From positions 372,001 through 436,000 of the forward strand of contig CP128820.1 in NCBI GenBank assembly GCA_051546255.1: DNA of 64,000 bases, given 5' to 3'. Both the position numbers and the translations under genes were made by a program. Positions 10,634-19,795 of this stretch are shown piece by piece; position 1 is the first letter of the stretch, and each line of letters opens with the position of its first letter. This stretch comes from Meyerozyma guilliermondii (lineage: Eukaryota). Under the pieces are notes generated by a model. The model was not told where the DNA came from, did not search any database, and worked only from the letters and a program-made list of their open reading frames with translations.

Positions 10634-12058
10634 ATGCTTTCGCCTCCACTCCGCAAGGTGTTCGTGCTACTCTCGTGTACGTTTTTGGGTCTTATATGTG
10701 GAACACTATACTTGTACTCGTCATATTCGCCGCAGCTCGCCGACAGATTAAAGTATTCTGTCAGTGATTCTTCGTCCATTGCGCTTCTGGGAACGCTAGG
10801 AGTCGCTATTTCTGGGCCACTTGCTGGAAAAGTGGTCGACAAACGCGGGTATACCGTGGCTTTGGTTATCGGAGGACTTTCAATTGTCACTGGATATTTG
10901 GGCCTCAAAAAACAGTATGATCTCCACCATTCAAACGTGTCACTCCTGGCATTTCTCTTTATTTTGGTGGGTCTGGGGTCCACGTTCATAAACCTGACGT
11001 GTCTCAAGTGCTGTGCTGTCAGTTTCCCCAGTATTCGTGGGGTAGCTACTTCGCTTCCATTAGCTCTCTATGGGTTAAGTGCCCTATTTTACTCCGTGGT
11101 GGCATCCATGTTCTTCCCAGGAGACACGTCGCTGTTCTTGGGGTTCTTGGCGTACTCGTCGGGTATCATATTTATGGTATGTGCTCCAAGCGTAATCTCG
11201 TGTGATCGTGAACATATGAAACGGCGACAGGTGCACGAGACAATTGAGTTGACTACCGTGGGTTCTGCCACCTCACGCTCAGTCACACCAATGCCACTGA
11301 TCCTGCTGGTACCACTGGTACCTTCATCTCCTGCAATATCCAATATCGCAGCGACTTTGCCCAGTCGTCAACTCCACAATCAGTCGCTCGTTACTTCGTT
11401 TCCTTTCTGGCTCTTGTTCGTTACCACTGGTGCTCTCGCTGCCCTTGGCCAAATGTACATATACTCAGTGGGCTATATGGTCAAAGCGTTGCTTGCAAAT
11501 CATTCCGATGCCTCCATGATTCAGAGAGACCAACAGCTCCAGGTGGGACTTCTCTCTGTAGCCAACTGCTTTGGTCGTATCATGGGTGGTGTTCTTGGTG
11601 ATATCATCACCCAGTCATTTGGACGATCCCGGTCGTGGCTCCTCTATCTTCCAACATTTGGGTTCCTCATTACCCAGGCTATGGGTCTTACTACCTCTGC
11701 ATACGAAGCGCTCTCATTAGTCTCGCTTCTTACAGGATTCTTTTATGGATTCACCTTTTGCATCATGCCCTTGATTGTGGGAGACATCTTCGGTATGGCC
11801 AACTTCTCCTACAATTGGGGCATTGTGGGGCTTGCTCCAATACTTCCATCATTCTATTTCACCAGTCTCTTTGGGCTGATATACGATTCACACACGGTAG
11901 CCAAAGCGGGCGAGCCTGCCGTGTGTATGCTAGGAAAAGCATGCTACAACTCAATCTTTGAGCTTACGATTGTGGTTTCAATATTGACATTGGTGTTGGT
12001 GACGGTGTTTAACTTTGGTCCTCTCGAGGAAAAGGAAAGAGTGCCGCATGTTGCATAG
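10634..12058 (+). CDS. MFS transporter, nodulin-like/Mch1/YMR155W type
   Basis: About 12 hydrophobic segments; GTLYLYSSYSPQLA, GPLAGKVVDKRG, RGVATSLPLALYGLSA, GRIMGGVLGD. First ATG is at 10634. Confidence 0.85.
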   Translation: MLSPPLRKVFVLLSCTFLGLICGTLYLYSSYSPQLADRLKYSVSDSSSIALLGTLGVAISGPLAGKVVDKRGYTVALVIGGLSIVTGYLGLKKQYDLHHSNVSLLAFLFILVGLGSTFINLTCLKCCAVSFPSIRGVATSLPLALYGLSALFYSVVASMFFPGDTSLFLGFLAYSSGIIFMVCAPSVISCDREHMKRRQVHETIELTTVGSATSRSVTPMPLILLVPLVPSSPAISNIAATLPSRQLHNQSLVTSFPFWLLFVTTGALAALGQMYIYSVGYMVKALLANHSDASMIQRDQQLQVGLLSVANCFGRIMGGVLGDIITQSFGRSRSWLLYLPTFGFLITQAMGLTTSAYEALSLVSLLTGFFYGFTFCIMPLIVGDIFGMANFSYNWGIVGLAPILPSFYFTSLFGLIYDSHTVAKAGEPAVCMLGKACYNSIFELTIVVSILTLVLVTVFNFGPLEEKERVPHVA

Positions 12059-12236
12059 GCTAATACTAAAGGTCTGGAAACAGTACAACTAGAGTACTAG
12101 AACTAGGGTACTAGAATAGAAGTACAGAATACTAGAAAATGTAAAGTATTAACGTACTAGCATTTTAGAGGTTAGTCTAGAGTAGCTTCCTCTATACAGG
12201 CACTGCCTCATTTAATTTTGGCTGCGGAACTTCTTT

Positions 12237-13172
12237 ATGAGCTCCAACTCCACAAAGTACACTTTTCGTAGTAAACAGAAGCCCGCAAACCAAAACAAAG
12301 AAGCTCTAGCAGTCAATGTGGATGCAAAGAACAACCATATAAACTCAAACGTGTCGGAAGAAGCATTACAGAGGCGTAAGCTTCGGTTCCAGGCACAACC
12401 ACAAACGAAAGATTATGGATTTGTCAGTCGAGGGGAGACAAGACTCAAAGAAAGCGAGTCGGAGCGCCGCAAGTACTTTGACACGATTGTTCTGTCGTTC
12501 TTTAAGCTTTGTGACGAAGCTACAAGAATTGAGGTGCGAGAAAGAATTGACGTGGACTCCATACATTCCAGTGACGGAGACATGACGATGGATGGTGTTT
12601 TGACGTCGCTTCGCAAGCTACGAGAGGCAATCTTGGGCACGAAACCTTCATCTTTTTCGAAAAAAGTGCTTCTTTTCTCTGTTCGAGTAGCAGTTCCTCT
12701 CGGCCATTATCAAACGTATGTTCCCAGTATCACTCAATTACTTGCCCCGGGGGTCGATCTTCGCCCAGACGAGCGCCAGGAGCTAGTGGTGCTCCTTCTG
12801 CTCCATTGGTCTCATTTCAGCAACGAGAACTCGAGGGCACTTCTGCTTCTCATCCGAGGGTGCCCAGAAGATACTCGCACTCGACCACTTCTCCAAAGCT
12901 GGATAGGAAACGATTATCATCGGTGGTTGAATTTGTACAAGGTGGAAGAGGACAACCTGCGGGCCAGGATCATGAAATTCGGCCTCCCGAAAGTTTTGCA
13001 GCACATGGTGAATGCCGTCAATGTTTCCTACTTTAATCTTCCGCTCTCGTTTCTACAAGATTACTTACCTCAGGATATCCTGCTCCAAGATTTAGAAGTG
13101 TATGGAGCTCGATGGCTGGTGGAAGGCGACAACGTAGTGATAAGAGCTCGAAAAGTTGCAAAGGCAGCCTGA
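12237..13172 (+). CDS. Conserved hypothetical protein, probable SAC3/CSN8/PCI-like helical domain
   Basis: 311-aa ATG ORF; SLRKLREAIL...LFSVRVAV..GHYQTYVP resembles fungal PCI-associated proteins. Family assignment is tentative. Confidence 0.6.
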   Translation: MSSNSTKYTFRSKQKPANQNKEALAVNVDAKNNHINSNVSEEALQRRKLRFQAQPQTKDYGFVSRGETRLKESESERRKYFDTIVLSFFKLCDEATRIEVRERIDVDSIHSSDGDMTMDGVLTSLRKLREAILGTKPSSFSKKVLLFSVRVAVPLGHYQTYVPSITQLLAPGVDLRPDERQELVVLLLLHWSHFSNENSRALLLLIRGCPEDTRTRPLLQSWIGNDYHRWLNLYKVEEDNLRARIMKFGLPKVLQHMVNAVNVSYFNLPLSFLQDYLPQDILLQDLEVYGARWLVEGDNVVIRARKVAKAA

Positions 13173-13339
13173 ACACTAGATTTTGGTTTTTTCGGTTACT
13201 CGACTAATTTGATTTACTCGGTCCGATGCGGCTGATTTTCCGATCTGAAAAATCCGCGATAACAACTTTTACTGGCTTGGTAAAAAGCACTTCTACTTTG
13301 CTTATCTGTCACAGGGCTGAATTGGTAATATTATCTGGC

Positions 13340-13397
13340 TTAGTCAACGAGAGCATTAGCATTGACAAACCTAAATTTCGGTGTCATTCTTGACTAA
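13340..13397. promoter_or_regulatory. Two Yap1/Cap1 response elements (TTAGTCA 13340-46; TGACTAA 13391-97)
   Basis: Exact matches to the TGACTAA YRE variant, 100-150 bp upstream of the oxidoreductase ATG. Confidence 0.55.
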
Positions 13398-13492
13398 TGT
13401 TCCATAATCTCCGCAGGCGGTGCGGCTTCGAATTTTCAGCCCCCGCCTCCGATTAGTACTTAAAAGAGCATTGGATCAGCAAATACCCGGAA

Positions 13493-14473
13493 ATGCAAGT
13501 CAAGGCAGCAGTTGCATCAGGAGGAAATCCTCCAGTTTACAAAAATATTGAAATCGAAGCACCTAAACCGGGAGAGGTTGCAATTGAAGTAATCGCGGTA
13601 GGATACAGCAACCTTGTCAAAGCAAGAGCAGAAGGAAGACATTATTCGTCTGGGTCTATGGATAAGGAATCGCTTGTGGGAGTGGATGGCGTGGGAAAGG
13701 TCCAAGGAACCGACGATTTGGTTTATTTCGTCAATTTGGGACCTGGCAAAGGCACCTACCTGGAAGTGGTGAATGTCTCAAAAAATTTCGTTTACCCATT
13801 CCCTAAGGAAACCGATGAAAAGGCACCCGCAAGAGTTGCGGCATTGGCCAATGGCGGCATGGCGTCGTATATGGCTCTCTTTGATAGAGTAGGAGATGTT
13901 CCTGCCGATGCCAAAATCGTCGTTTTAGGAGCTACTGGAACGGCTGGACAGCTTGCGATTCAGCTGACAAAGAAGATTTTTGGAGCCAAAACCGTGGTGG
14001 GAGTGGGCCGCTCTGCCGAAAAACTTGCAAAGTTGAAGCAATCGCAGCCATTGTTGGACGGAGTAATCGCGCTCGATGAAGACGAAGATAAGATCATTGC
14101 CAGTGAATTGTTGAATGATGTAGACATTGTCCTTGATTTCTTGTGGGGAAAACCAGCAACAAAGATCTTAGCGGCTGCTGTCAAGTCCAAAACGGAAAAA
14201 AGTAAGCGTTTGGCTTGGGTGCAAATTGGACTGCTTGCAGGCGAAGACTTTTCTGTTCCAGCAGCGTTTCTCAGAAGTTGCAACCTTGTGATCTTGGGTA
14301 GTGGTATTGGTCCACTGAGTGCTGAACAGAACAAAAAGGTGCTTCAAGGTGTCACCGAAGCTTTGGCGCTGGGAAAGCTTGAAATAAATTACAGAGAAGC
14401 GGCTCTAGCAGACATCGCTGAAGAATGGGCTAAACCCATGGGCGATGTGCGCACGTTCTTTAAGGTCAAATAG
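13493..14473 (+). CDS. Zinc-independent medium-chain dehydrogenase/quinone oxidoreductase (MDR family)
   Basis: GVDGVG, VLGATGTAG nucleotide-binding motif, DIVLDFLWG, VQIG(S)LAG and ILGSGIG; no zinc-binding Cys cluster. Confidence 0.88.
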   Translation: MQVKAAVASGGNPPVYKNIEIEAPKPGEVAIEVIAVGYSNLVKARAEGRHYSSGSMDKESLVGVDGVGKVQGTDDLVYFVNLGPGKGTYLEVVNVSKNFVYPFPKETDEKAPARVAALANGGMASYMALFDRVGDVPADAKIVVLGATGTAGQLAIQLTKKIFGAKTVVGVGRSAEKLAKLKQSQPLLDGVIALDEDEDKIIASELLNDVDIVLDFLWGKPATKILAAAVKSKTEKSKRLAWVQIGLLAGEDFSVPAAFLRSCNLVILGSGIGPLSAEQNKKVLQGVTEALALGKLEINYREAALADIAEEWAKPMGDVRTFFKVK

Positions 14474-14659
14474 CGAATAAAGGATTAAGCGGAGTCAAGA
14501 GTACTATATATAGATACAAACAGATACAAACAGCTACAGGCCACTTTATTGCAATTCACTAGTTTAGACTTCGCAGCGCTCTCTTGCAGTTTCGCACCTT
14601 TTGCTTTTTGCAGCTCAGCTTTTCGCAGCTTTCACTTTCGCATCTTAACTCATCCAGTC

Positions 14660-15196
14660 ATGTCTAACCTACCAGACCTAATTAAAATAGACGACATAGC
14701 CTCTGGAAAAATAGATCCCGAGGATATATACGCTGAGCTCGACCGTCTAAAAGCAGAAATCAACATTCTTCGTAACGATATGGCGCAATTTGTGCGTGCT
14801 TTGGCGTTCATTCCTGACGATGCCAACCAACAACAGTACTATGCAACGGTCTCCAACCGTCTTAAAACGGTCCAGAGGGCCATCAAGGACTACTGTGCTC
14901 AATACAACCGTCTTCTACCGATTATAAACTTGTCTCAGATTAGATTGGGTCACGAGGTGGAACAGATTCTGTCCAATGATCGCAGGCAAAGTAGTAACGG
15001 AAACTTGCTTGCTACAGCGAGTAACAACAGCGCATTGGGAGATACAAACTCAACCACAACTGACCTCTCACACCCCATATCCCCTCCAAATACCGCCCCA
15101 GCTCCATCCCAGGGCCCCATATCCGTGCACCCAAACACCACTTCATCGGCATCTGGTTCTGGAGCAAATGCTCGCACGCCCATCGTGTTACCCTGA
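14660..15196 (+). CDS. MED3: Mediator tail subunit Med3 (Pgd1)-like
   Basis: Helical N-terminus IKIDDI...ELDRLKAEINILRNDMAQFVRALAFI...YNRLLPII resembles the Med3 N-terminal domain, followed by an S/T/P/N low-complexity tail. ATG at 14660. Confidence 0.7.
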   Translation: MSNLPDLIKIDDIASGKIDPEDIYAELDRLKAEINILRNDMAQFVRALAFIPDDANQQQYYATVSNRLKTVQRAIKDYCAQYNRLLPIINLSQIRLGHEVEQILSNDRRQSSNGNLLATASNNSALGDTNSTTTDLSHPISPPNTAPAPSQGPISVHPNTTSSASGSGANARTPIVLP

Positions 15197-15198
15197 AC

Positions 15199-15223
15199 TG
15201 ACTCATTGACGATTCCTATAAAA
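15199..15223 (+). promoter_or_regulatory. Gcn4 site TGACTCA (15199-15205) and TATA box TATAAAA (15217-15223) of TRP5
   Basis: Exact motifs in the 61-bp gap before an amino-acid biosynthesis gene. Confidence 0.75.
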
Positions 15224-15257
15224 GTTGAGCCAGCGTGAGTACTGAATTATCCCCAAA

Positions 15258-17354
15258 ATGTCTGCTGCTATCAAAGAGACGTTTGCACGCTGCAAGAAAG
15301 AAGGCAGAAATGCCCTCGTAAATTTCATTACTGCCGGTTTTCCAACCATTCCCGACACCGTTCCTATCATGTTGGCCATGCAAAAGGGTGGAGTGGACAT
15401 CATCGAGTTGGGAATTCCATTTTCGGACCCAATTGCCGACGGACCCACGATTCAAATCGCTAACACTAAAGCTTTGGAGAATGGAATCACCGTCCCCAAG
15501 TGTCTCGAACTTGTCAAAGAAGCAAGAGCAGCTGGTGTAACGGTCCCCATCATTCTTATGGGCTACTACAACCCCATTCTCAAATATGGCGAGCAAAAAA
15601 TGATCAAGGACTCGGCCGCAGCTGGTGCCAATGGTTACATTGTCGTAGACCTTCCTCCAGAAGATGCTGTTCAATTCCGTGCTTCTTGTGCTACTCATGG
15701 CTTATCTTATGTGCCGCTTGTAGCACCTGCCACCACCGACAAGCGCTTGAAAGTATTGGGAAGCATCGCCGATTCGTTTATCTATGTCGTTTCCCGTATG
15801 GGAACAACCGGCGCATTGAAAAGCGTAGCCAAAGGCATCGATGAACTTTGTCAGCGAGTACGGAAATTCGCTGGTGATACCCCATTGGCGGTTGGTTTTG
15901 GAGTTTCCACCAGAGACCATTTTTTGACCGTGGGAGAGGCCGCAGATGGTGTGGTTATTGGCTCTAAAATTATCACCCTTATTTCTGAAGCAGCTCCTGA
16001 AGATAGAGCGGATACAGCGTACCGCTTTGTTCGTCTGATTTTGGGCGACGACTACGAGTCCAAGACCCATGAGTTTATTGCTGCGACCCCTCTGGAAACC
16101 AAACAGGCCCAATTGCCAGAAGAGGAACACAAGTACAACCCTAGATTTGGAGACTTTGGAGGTCAATACGTACCCGAAGCTTTGCACGCTTGCTTAGCCG
16201 AACTCGAGCGTGGTTTCGAAGATGCGGTAGCAGACCCTAAATTTTGGGAGGAATTCAGGTCGTTGTACTCCTACATTGGCCGCCCTTCGTCGCTCCACCG
16301 TGCTGATAGATTGACCGAATATGCTGGCGGTGCTCAGATCTGGCTCAAGCGTGAGGATCTCAACCACACCGGTTCCCACAAGATCAATAATGCTTTGGCC
16401 CAGGTTCTTATTGCCAAAAGACTAGGCAAGAAAAAAATCATCGCAGAGACCGGTGCCGGACAGCATGGTGTTGCTACTGCTACCGCCTGTGCTAAATTTG
16501 GTTTGGAGTGTCAGGTGTTCATGGGAGCTGAAGATGTCAGGAGACAAGCGCTTAATGTCTTTAGGATGAGAATCTTGGGAGCAAAGGTCAATGCTGTTAG
16601 AAATGGTACTCAGACTCTTCGTGATGCCACTTCGGAAGCATTCAGATACTGGGTGTCCAACTTGGAGACCACCCATTACGTAGTGGGTTCCTCCATTGGC
16701 CCTCACCCTTACCCAACATTAGTGAGAACTTTCCAAAGTGTTATTGGTCAAGAGACCAAGGAACAGTTCAAGAAACTTAACGATGGAAAGCTTCCAGATA
16801 TCGTGGTAGCTTGTGTTGGTGGAGGTTCTAACTCGACTGGTATGTTCTCTCCCTTTGAACATGACAAGGACGTCAAGATGTTGGGTGTTGAAGCTGGAGG
16901 TGATGGTGTTGACACCGATCGTCATTCGGCAACTTTGACCGCTGGATTGCCCGGTGTTTTCCACGGAGTGAAAACTTATGTTCTTCAAGATTCCGACGGC
17001 CAGGTCCACGATACACACTCGGTGTCCGCTGGGTTAGATTACCCTGGTGTTGGTCCCGAATTGGCTTACTGGAAGAGTACTGGAAGAGCCGAGTTTATTG
17101 CAGCTACCGATGCCCAGGCACTTCAAGGATTTAAATTACTTTCTCAGTTGGAGGGTATTATTCCTGCTCTTGAATCGTCGCATGCGATTTACGGTGCGGT
17201 TGAAAGAGCCAAGAAAATGCCAAAGGGAACACATATGGTCGTCAACCTTTCCGGTAGGGGAGACAAGGACGTTCAAAGTGTCGCTGAAGTTTTGCCCAAA
17301 TTGGGCCCAAAGATTGACTGGGACTTGCGTTTTGAAGAGGACCCTTCTAAGTAA
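15258..17354 (+). CDS. TRP5: Tryptophan synthase (fused alpha-beta)
   Basis: [18 protein letters not shown] (alpha) and [15 protein letters not shown] (beta, PLP lysine); NLSGRGDKD. Confidence 0.98.
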   Translation: MSAAIKETFARCKKEGRNALVNFITAGFPTIPDTVPIMLAMQKGGVDIIELGIPFSDPIADGPTIQIANTKALENGITVPKCLELVKEARAAGVTVPIILMGYYNPILKYGEQKMIKDSAAAGANGYIVVDLPPEDAVQFRASCATHGLSYVPLVAPATTDKRLKVLGSIADSFIYVVSRMGTTGALKSVAKGIDELCQRVRKFAGDTPLAVGFGVSTRDHFLTVGEAADGVVIGSKIITLISEAAPEDRADTAYRFVRLILGDDYESKTHEFIAATPLETKQAQLPEEEHKYNPRFGDFGGQYVPEALHACLAELERGFEDAVADPKFWEEFRSLYSYIGRPSSLHRADRLTEYAGGAQIWLKREDLNHTGSHKINNALAQVLIAKRLGKKKIIAETGAGQHGVATATACAKFGLECQVFMGAEDVRRQALNVFRMRILGAKVNAVRNGTQTLRDATSEAFRYWVSNLETTHYVVGSSIGPHPYPTLVRTFQSVIGQETKEQFKKLNDGKLPDIVVACVGGGSNSTGMFSPFEHDKDVKMLGVEAGGDGVDTDRHSATLTAGLPGVFHGVKTYVLQDSDGQVHDTHSVSAGLDYPGVGPELAYWKSTGRAEFIAATDAQALQGFKLLSQLEGIIPALESSHAIYGAVERAKKMPKGTHMVVNLSGRGDKDVQSVAEVLPKLGPKIDWDLRFEEDPSK

Positions 17355-17402
17355 ACTACGAGAAACTAGTAAATTAGTTTTTTTTTGTTGAATCTAAATA
17401 GT

Positions 17403-19688
17403 TTATGCAAATCCTCCTTTTCTTTTCTTTCGTTGACTTCTCTGGCTGCCCTGCGACATCTTGTGACGTCTCTGTGATCTGTGAGCTTGTGACTGAGTTT
17501 GAGAGTTCAATTGAGTGCCTTGTGATAGAGGAGCAAATAGTGATGATTGTGACTGACTGCTGTTGATGTTGATGGTAGGCATGATCACAGAGGGCTCAAT
17601 GTCAGGCTGCGTAGTGACATCAGCAACAACAATTCCCGATTCCCAGTCACCTAATATGGACTTCACCTCATCGCTTGCTTCTTGAATCACTTCCTTGAAT
17701 TTTTCTTCATATGCTTGATTCGTGCTCGAATGCTTGGCCCTGTAGATACTGCAGCCCAATTCCAATGTGGTCCTATTGAGAATCTCTGGAGTAACTGAGC
17801 CTAGATTCTGCTCTTTGCCATAGTATTGCCTCAACGAATTGAGCCGATTTCGTAGCAGGTCTTCGCTTTCTCGTGATAACTCAAACTGTTTCAGTTTGAA
17901 ATATTCACCCAATTGTTCGATCATCGAATCAAACTCGTCAATGTCTCGCACATTTGTAGGTGGATTCTCAGATATATCAAGTAATGAGCAACTTCCATTT
18001 GCCTCGTTACGAAGCAGGTTCTCATCAAAAGCCAGTGCCCATTCGCCTATTTTCAGCGCAAATTCTTGAATTGCAGTGCTATCAGATGAAGTGGTTTTAA
18101 CCTTAGACAGCATCTGTTCGACTAATTTTTTCCAATCTTTGGCAGACATATGTCGGCAAAACCCTTTACCAGTCTCCACAGGTGTGCCTGACCTGCTCCA
18201 TAGTCCGTCAGTCACGACAGTATCTCCTAGCTTTATAATTTTTGTGGTACTCAAGAATCTAAAATGGAGTCCAAAGTCAGTGTGAAGTTCAAACATTCCA
18301 AAAATCTTGCTGCTGGAATTGTCGATGGGAAATACATGCAATTGAAGCACATTATCTCGAGCTTCATGGTTATAGCTGCTTAATGAGCGGATATAATATG
18401 GGGATCGTAAGCTGTAGGGCAAGCCGCTTTTGAGGCCAAAAGTGTATAAGAAATAAAGCGGTGCCTTTTGTGAAAAAATAATGCAAATAAATGTTGTGGA
18501 GTCCACGGAACACACGTTTAACTTCCAGGAAGGATCTCGTTCGTCTAGGAAGTGTTTATAGGAAATGAGTCTCTTCAATGTACCATCGTTCTCGAACCAA
18601 ATGAGCTCTCGAGACGTGAGCATGAATGAGTATTTCAGGTCTGCTGGGGCTCTTTGAAAGTCGAGGATACTGGACCAGGTGTTGGAGGTCATTAATCTTG
18701 AACATTGGGATGGTGGTCCTATAGTACATTGAGTCAAAGAGGACCTTGAGAATACAAACATCACTTCAGGTGCAAAGAAGCATATCTTTTTCCAGTGAGA
18801 AAGTTCTTGCACGTTATCAATAAACGATTCAGAAGCAGAGATGTTGACTCGTTTTGGATCAGATTTTCCATTGGGACAGAAATTCCACACTCCAAAATGT
18901 CCCTTAACATCCACGAGAGCTACTTGCTTTGGGTCCCATGGATTGAAACAGGCATCAGCAAAAGATTCCTGGTTGAGACTAGAGCTTTTGACTTGTCCCA
19001 AGAGCTCTAGGTAGATACCAGAGCGATGCAGAGAGGACTGAAACGGCTGAACAACGTAGACTCGGGAAAACGTTCGAATGAGAAGACTACCTGCGACATT
19101 GGAACAAGCAACTTGCTTTATGGGCTCGGAAAAAGTAAGCTGGAATGGAACGTCAAAGTGTGGCGAGGATAGTTGGATCTCTTGTTCAGAATCAATGCAA
19201 GAAACTTTCATAATAGATAAGTTTAGCACGGTTCCAACTTCACCAGAAACGTAAGCTATGCCCGTAGATGTAGAAGTGTTTGAGCGAGATCTTAGCGGAA
19301 ATATACAGAAACGAGGCCCAATGGTCGGATCATAAGCAATGGTGGATGTAAGTGAGCCAGATTCTATGAGATACGATTTTAGGATATCTTGAGGAATGTA
19401 CAAATTTTCGAGCGGATCCGACAGAAGATCGTTGAATATGGTTGAGTTGAGATCGAAGTCGCTTGTTTGTGGTTCAACTACGGTACGCAAGGACCCCTTG
19501 ACGGGTTTTAGGCTGGGGAAGGTTTCGTTTGATGCCAGAACGCCAATATTTTCATCACTATCGATGCCATTATCAAGGCTTGGAAACTCGACTTGCGGCA
19601 GTCGTCGTCCTTCTTGGGTTCGTATTATGCCGTTTCCACGTACACCATAGCCGACTTGGGCACCTAGGCCATATTTGGATGGCCACAT
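17403..19688 (-). CDS. RRN6: RNA polymerase I core factor subunit Rrn6
   Basis: N-terminal MWP..GLG..VGYGV, LTSRELIW and SYKHFLD.RDPS motifs; SQ-rich tail ending KKRKGGFA. Confidence 0.8.
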   Translation of the reverse strand: MWPSKYGLGAQVGYGVRGNGIIRTQEGRRLPQVEFPSLDNGIDSDENIGVLASNETFPSLKPVKGSLRTVVEPQTSDFDLNSTIFNDLLSDPLENLYIPQDILKSYLIESGSLTSTIAYDPTIGPRFCIFPLRSRSNTSTSTGIAYVSGEVGTVLNLSIMKVSCIDSEQEIQLSSPHFDVPFQLTFSEPIKQVACSNVAGSLLIRTFSRVYVVQPFQSSLHRSGIYLELLGQVKSSSLNQESFADACFNPWDPKQVALVDVKGHFGVWNFCPNGKSDPKRVNISASESFIDNVQELSHWKKICFFAPEVMFVFSRSSLTQCTIGPPSQCSRLMTSNTWSSILDFQRAPADLKYSFMLTSRELIWFENDGTLKRLISYKHFLDERDPSWKLNVCSVDSTTFICIIFSQKAPLYFLYTFGLKSGLPYSLRSPYYIRSLSSYNHEARDNVLQLHVFPIDNSSSKIFGMFELHTDFGLHFRFLSTTKIIKLGDTVVTDGLWSRSGTPVETGKGFCRHMSAKDWKKLVEQMLSKVKTTSSDSTAIQEFALKIGEWALAFDENLLRNEANGSCSLLDISENPPTNVRDIDEFDSMIEQLGEYFKLKQFELSRESEDLLRNRLNSLRQYYGKEQNLGSVTPEILNRTTLELGCSIYRAKHSSTNQAYEEKFKEVIQEASDEVKSILGDWESGIVVADVTTQPDIEPSVIMPTININSSQSQSSLFAPLSQGTQLNSQTQSQAHRSQRRHKMSQGSQRSQRKKRKGGFA

Positions 19689-19742
19689 GGTGGTGGAAAC
19701 GAAGGCGAGTATATGGGATCACTGTAGGTGAAGTTGAAGCGC

Positions 19743-19750
19743 GCGATGAG
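19743..19750. promoter_or_regulatory. PAC element GCGATGAG in the RRN6/CWH41 divergent promoter
   Basis: Exact PAC consensus 55 bp from the RRN6 ATG. Confidence 0.55.
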
Positions 19751-19795
19751 ATTTTCCCCAGAAATTGTTTCTGACCAAGTTGCACTTTTGTAGTA

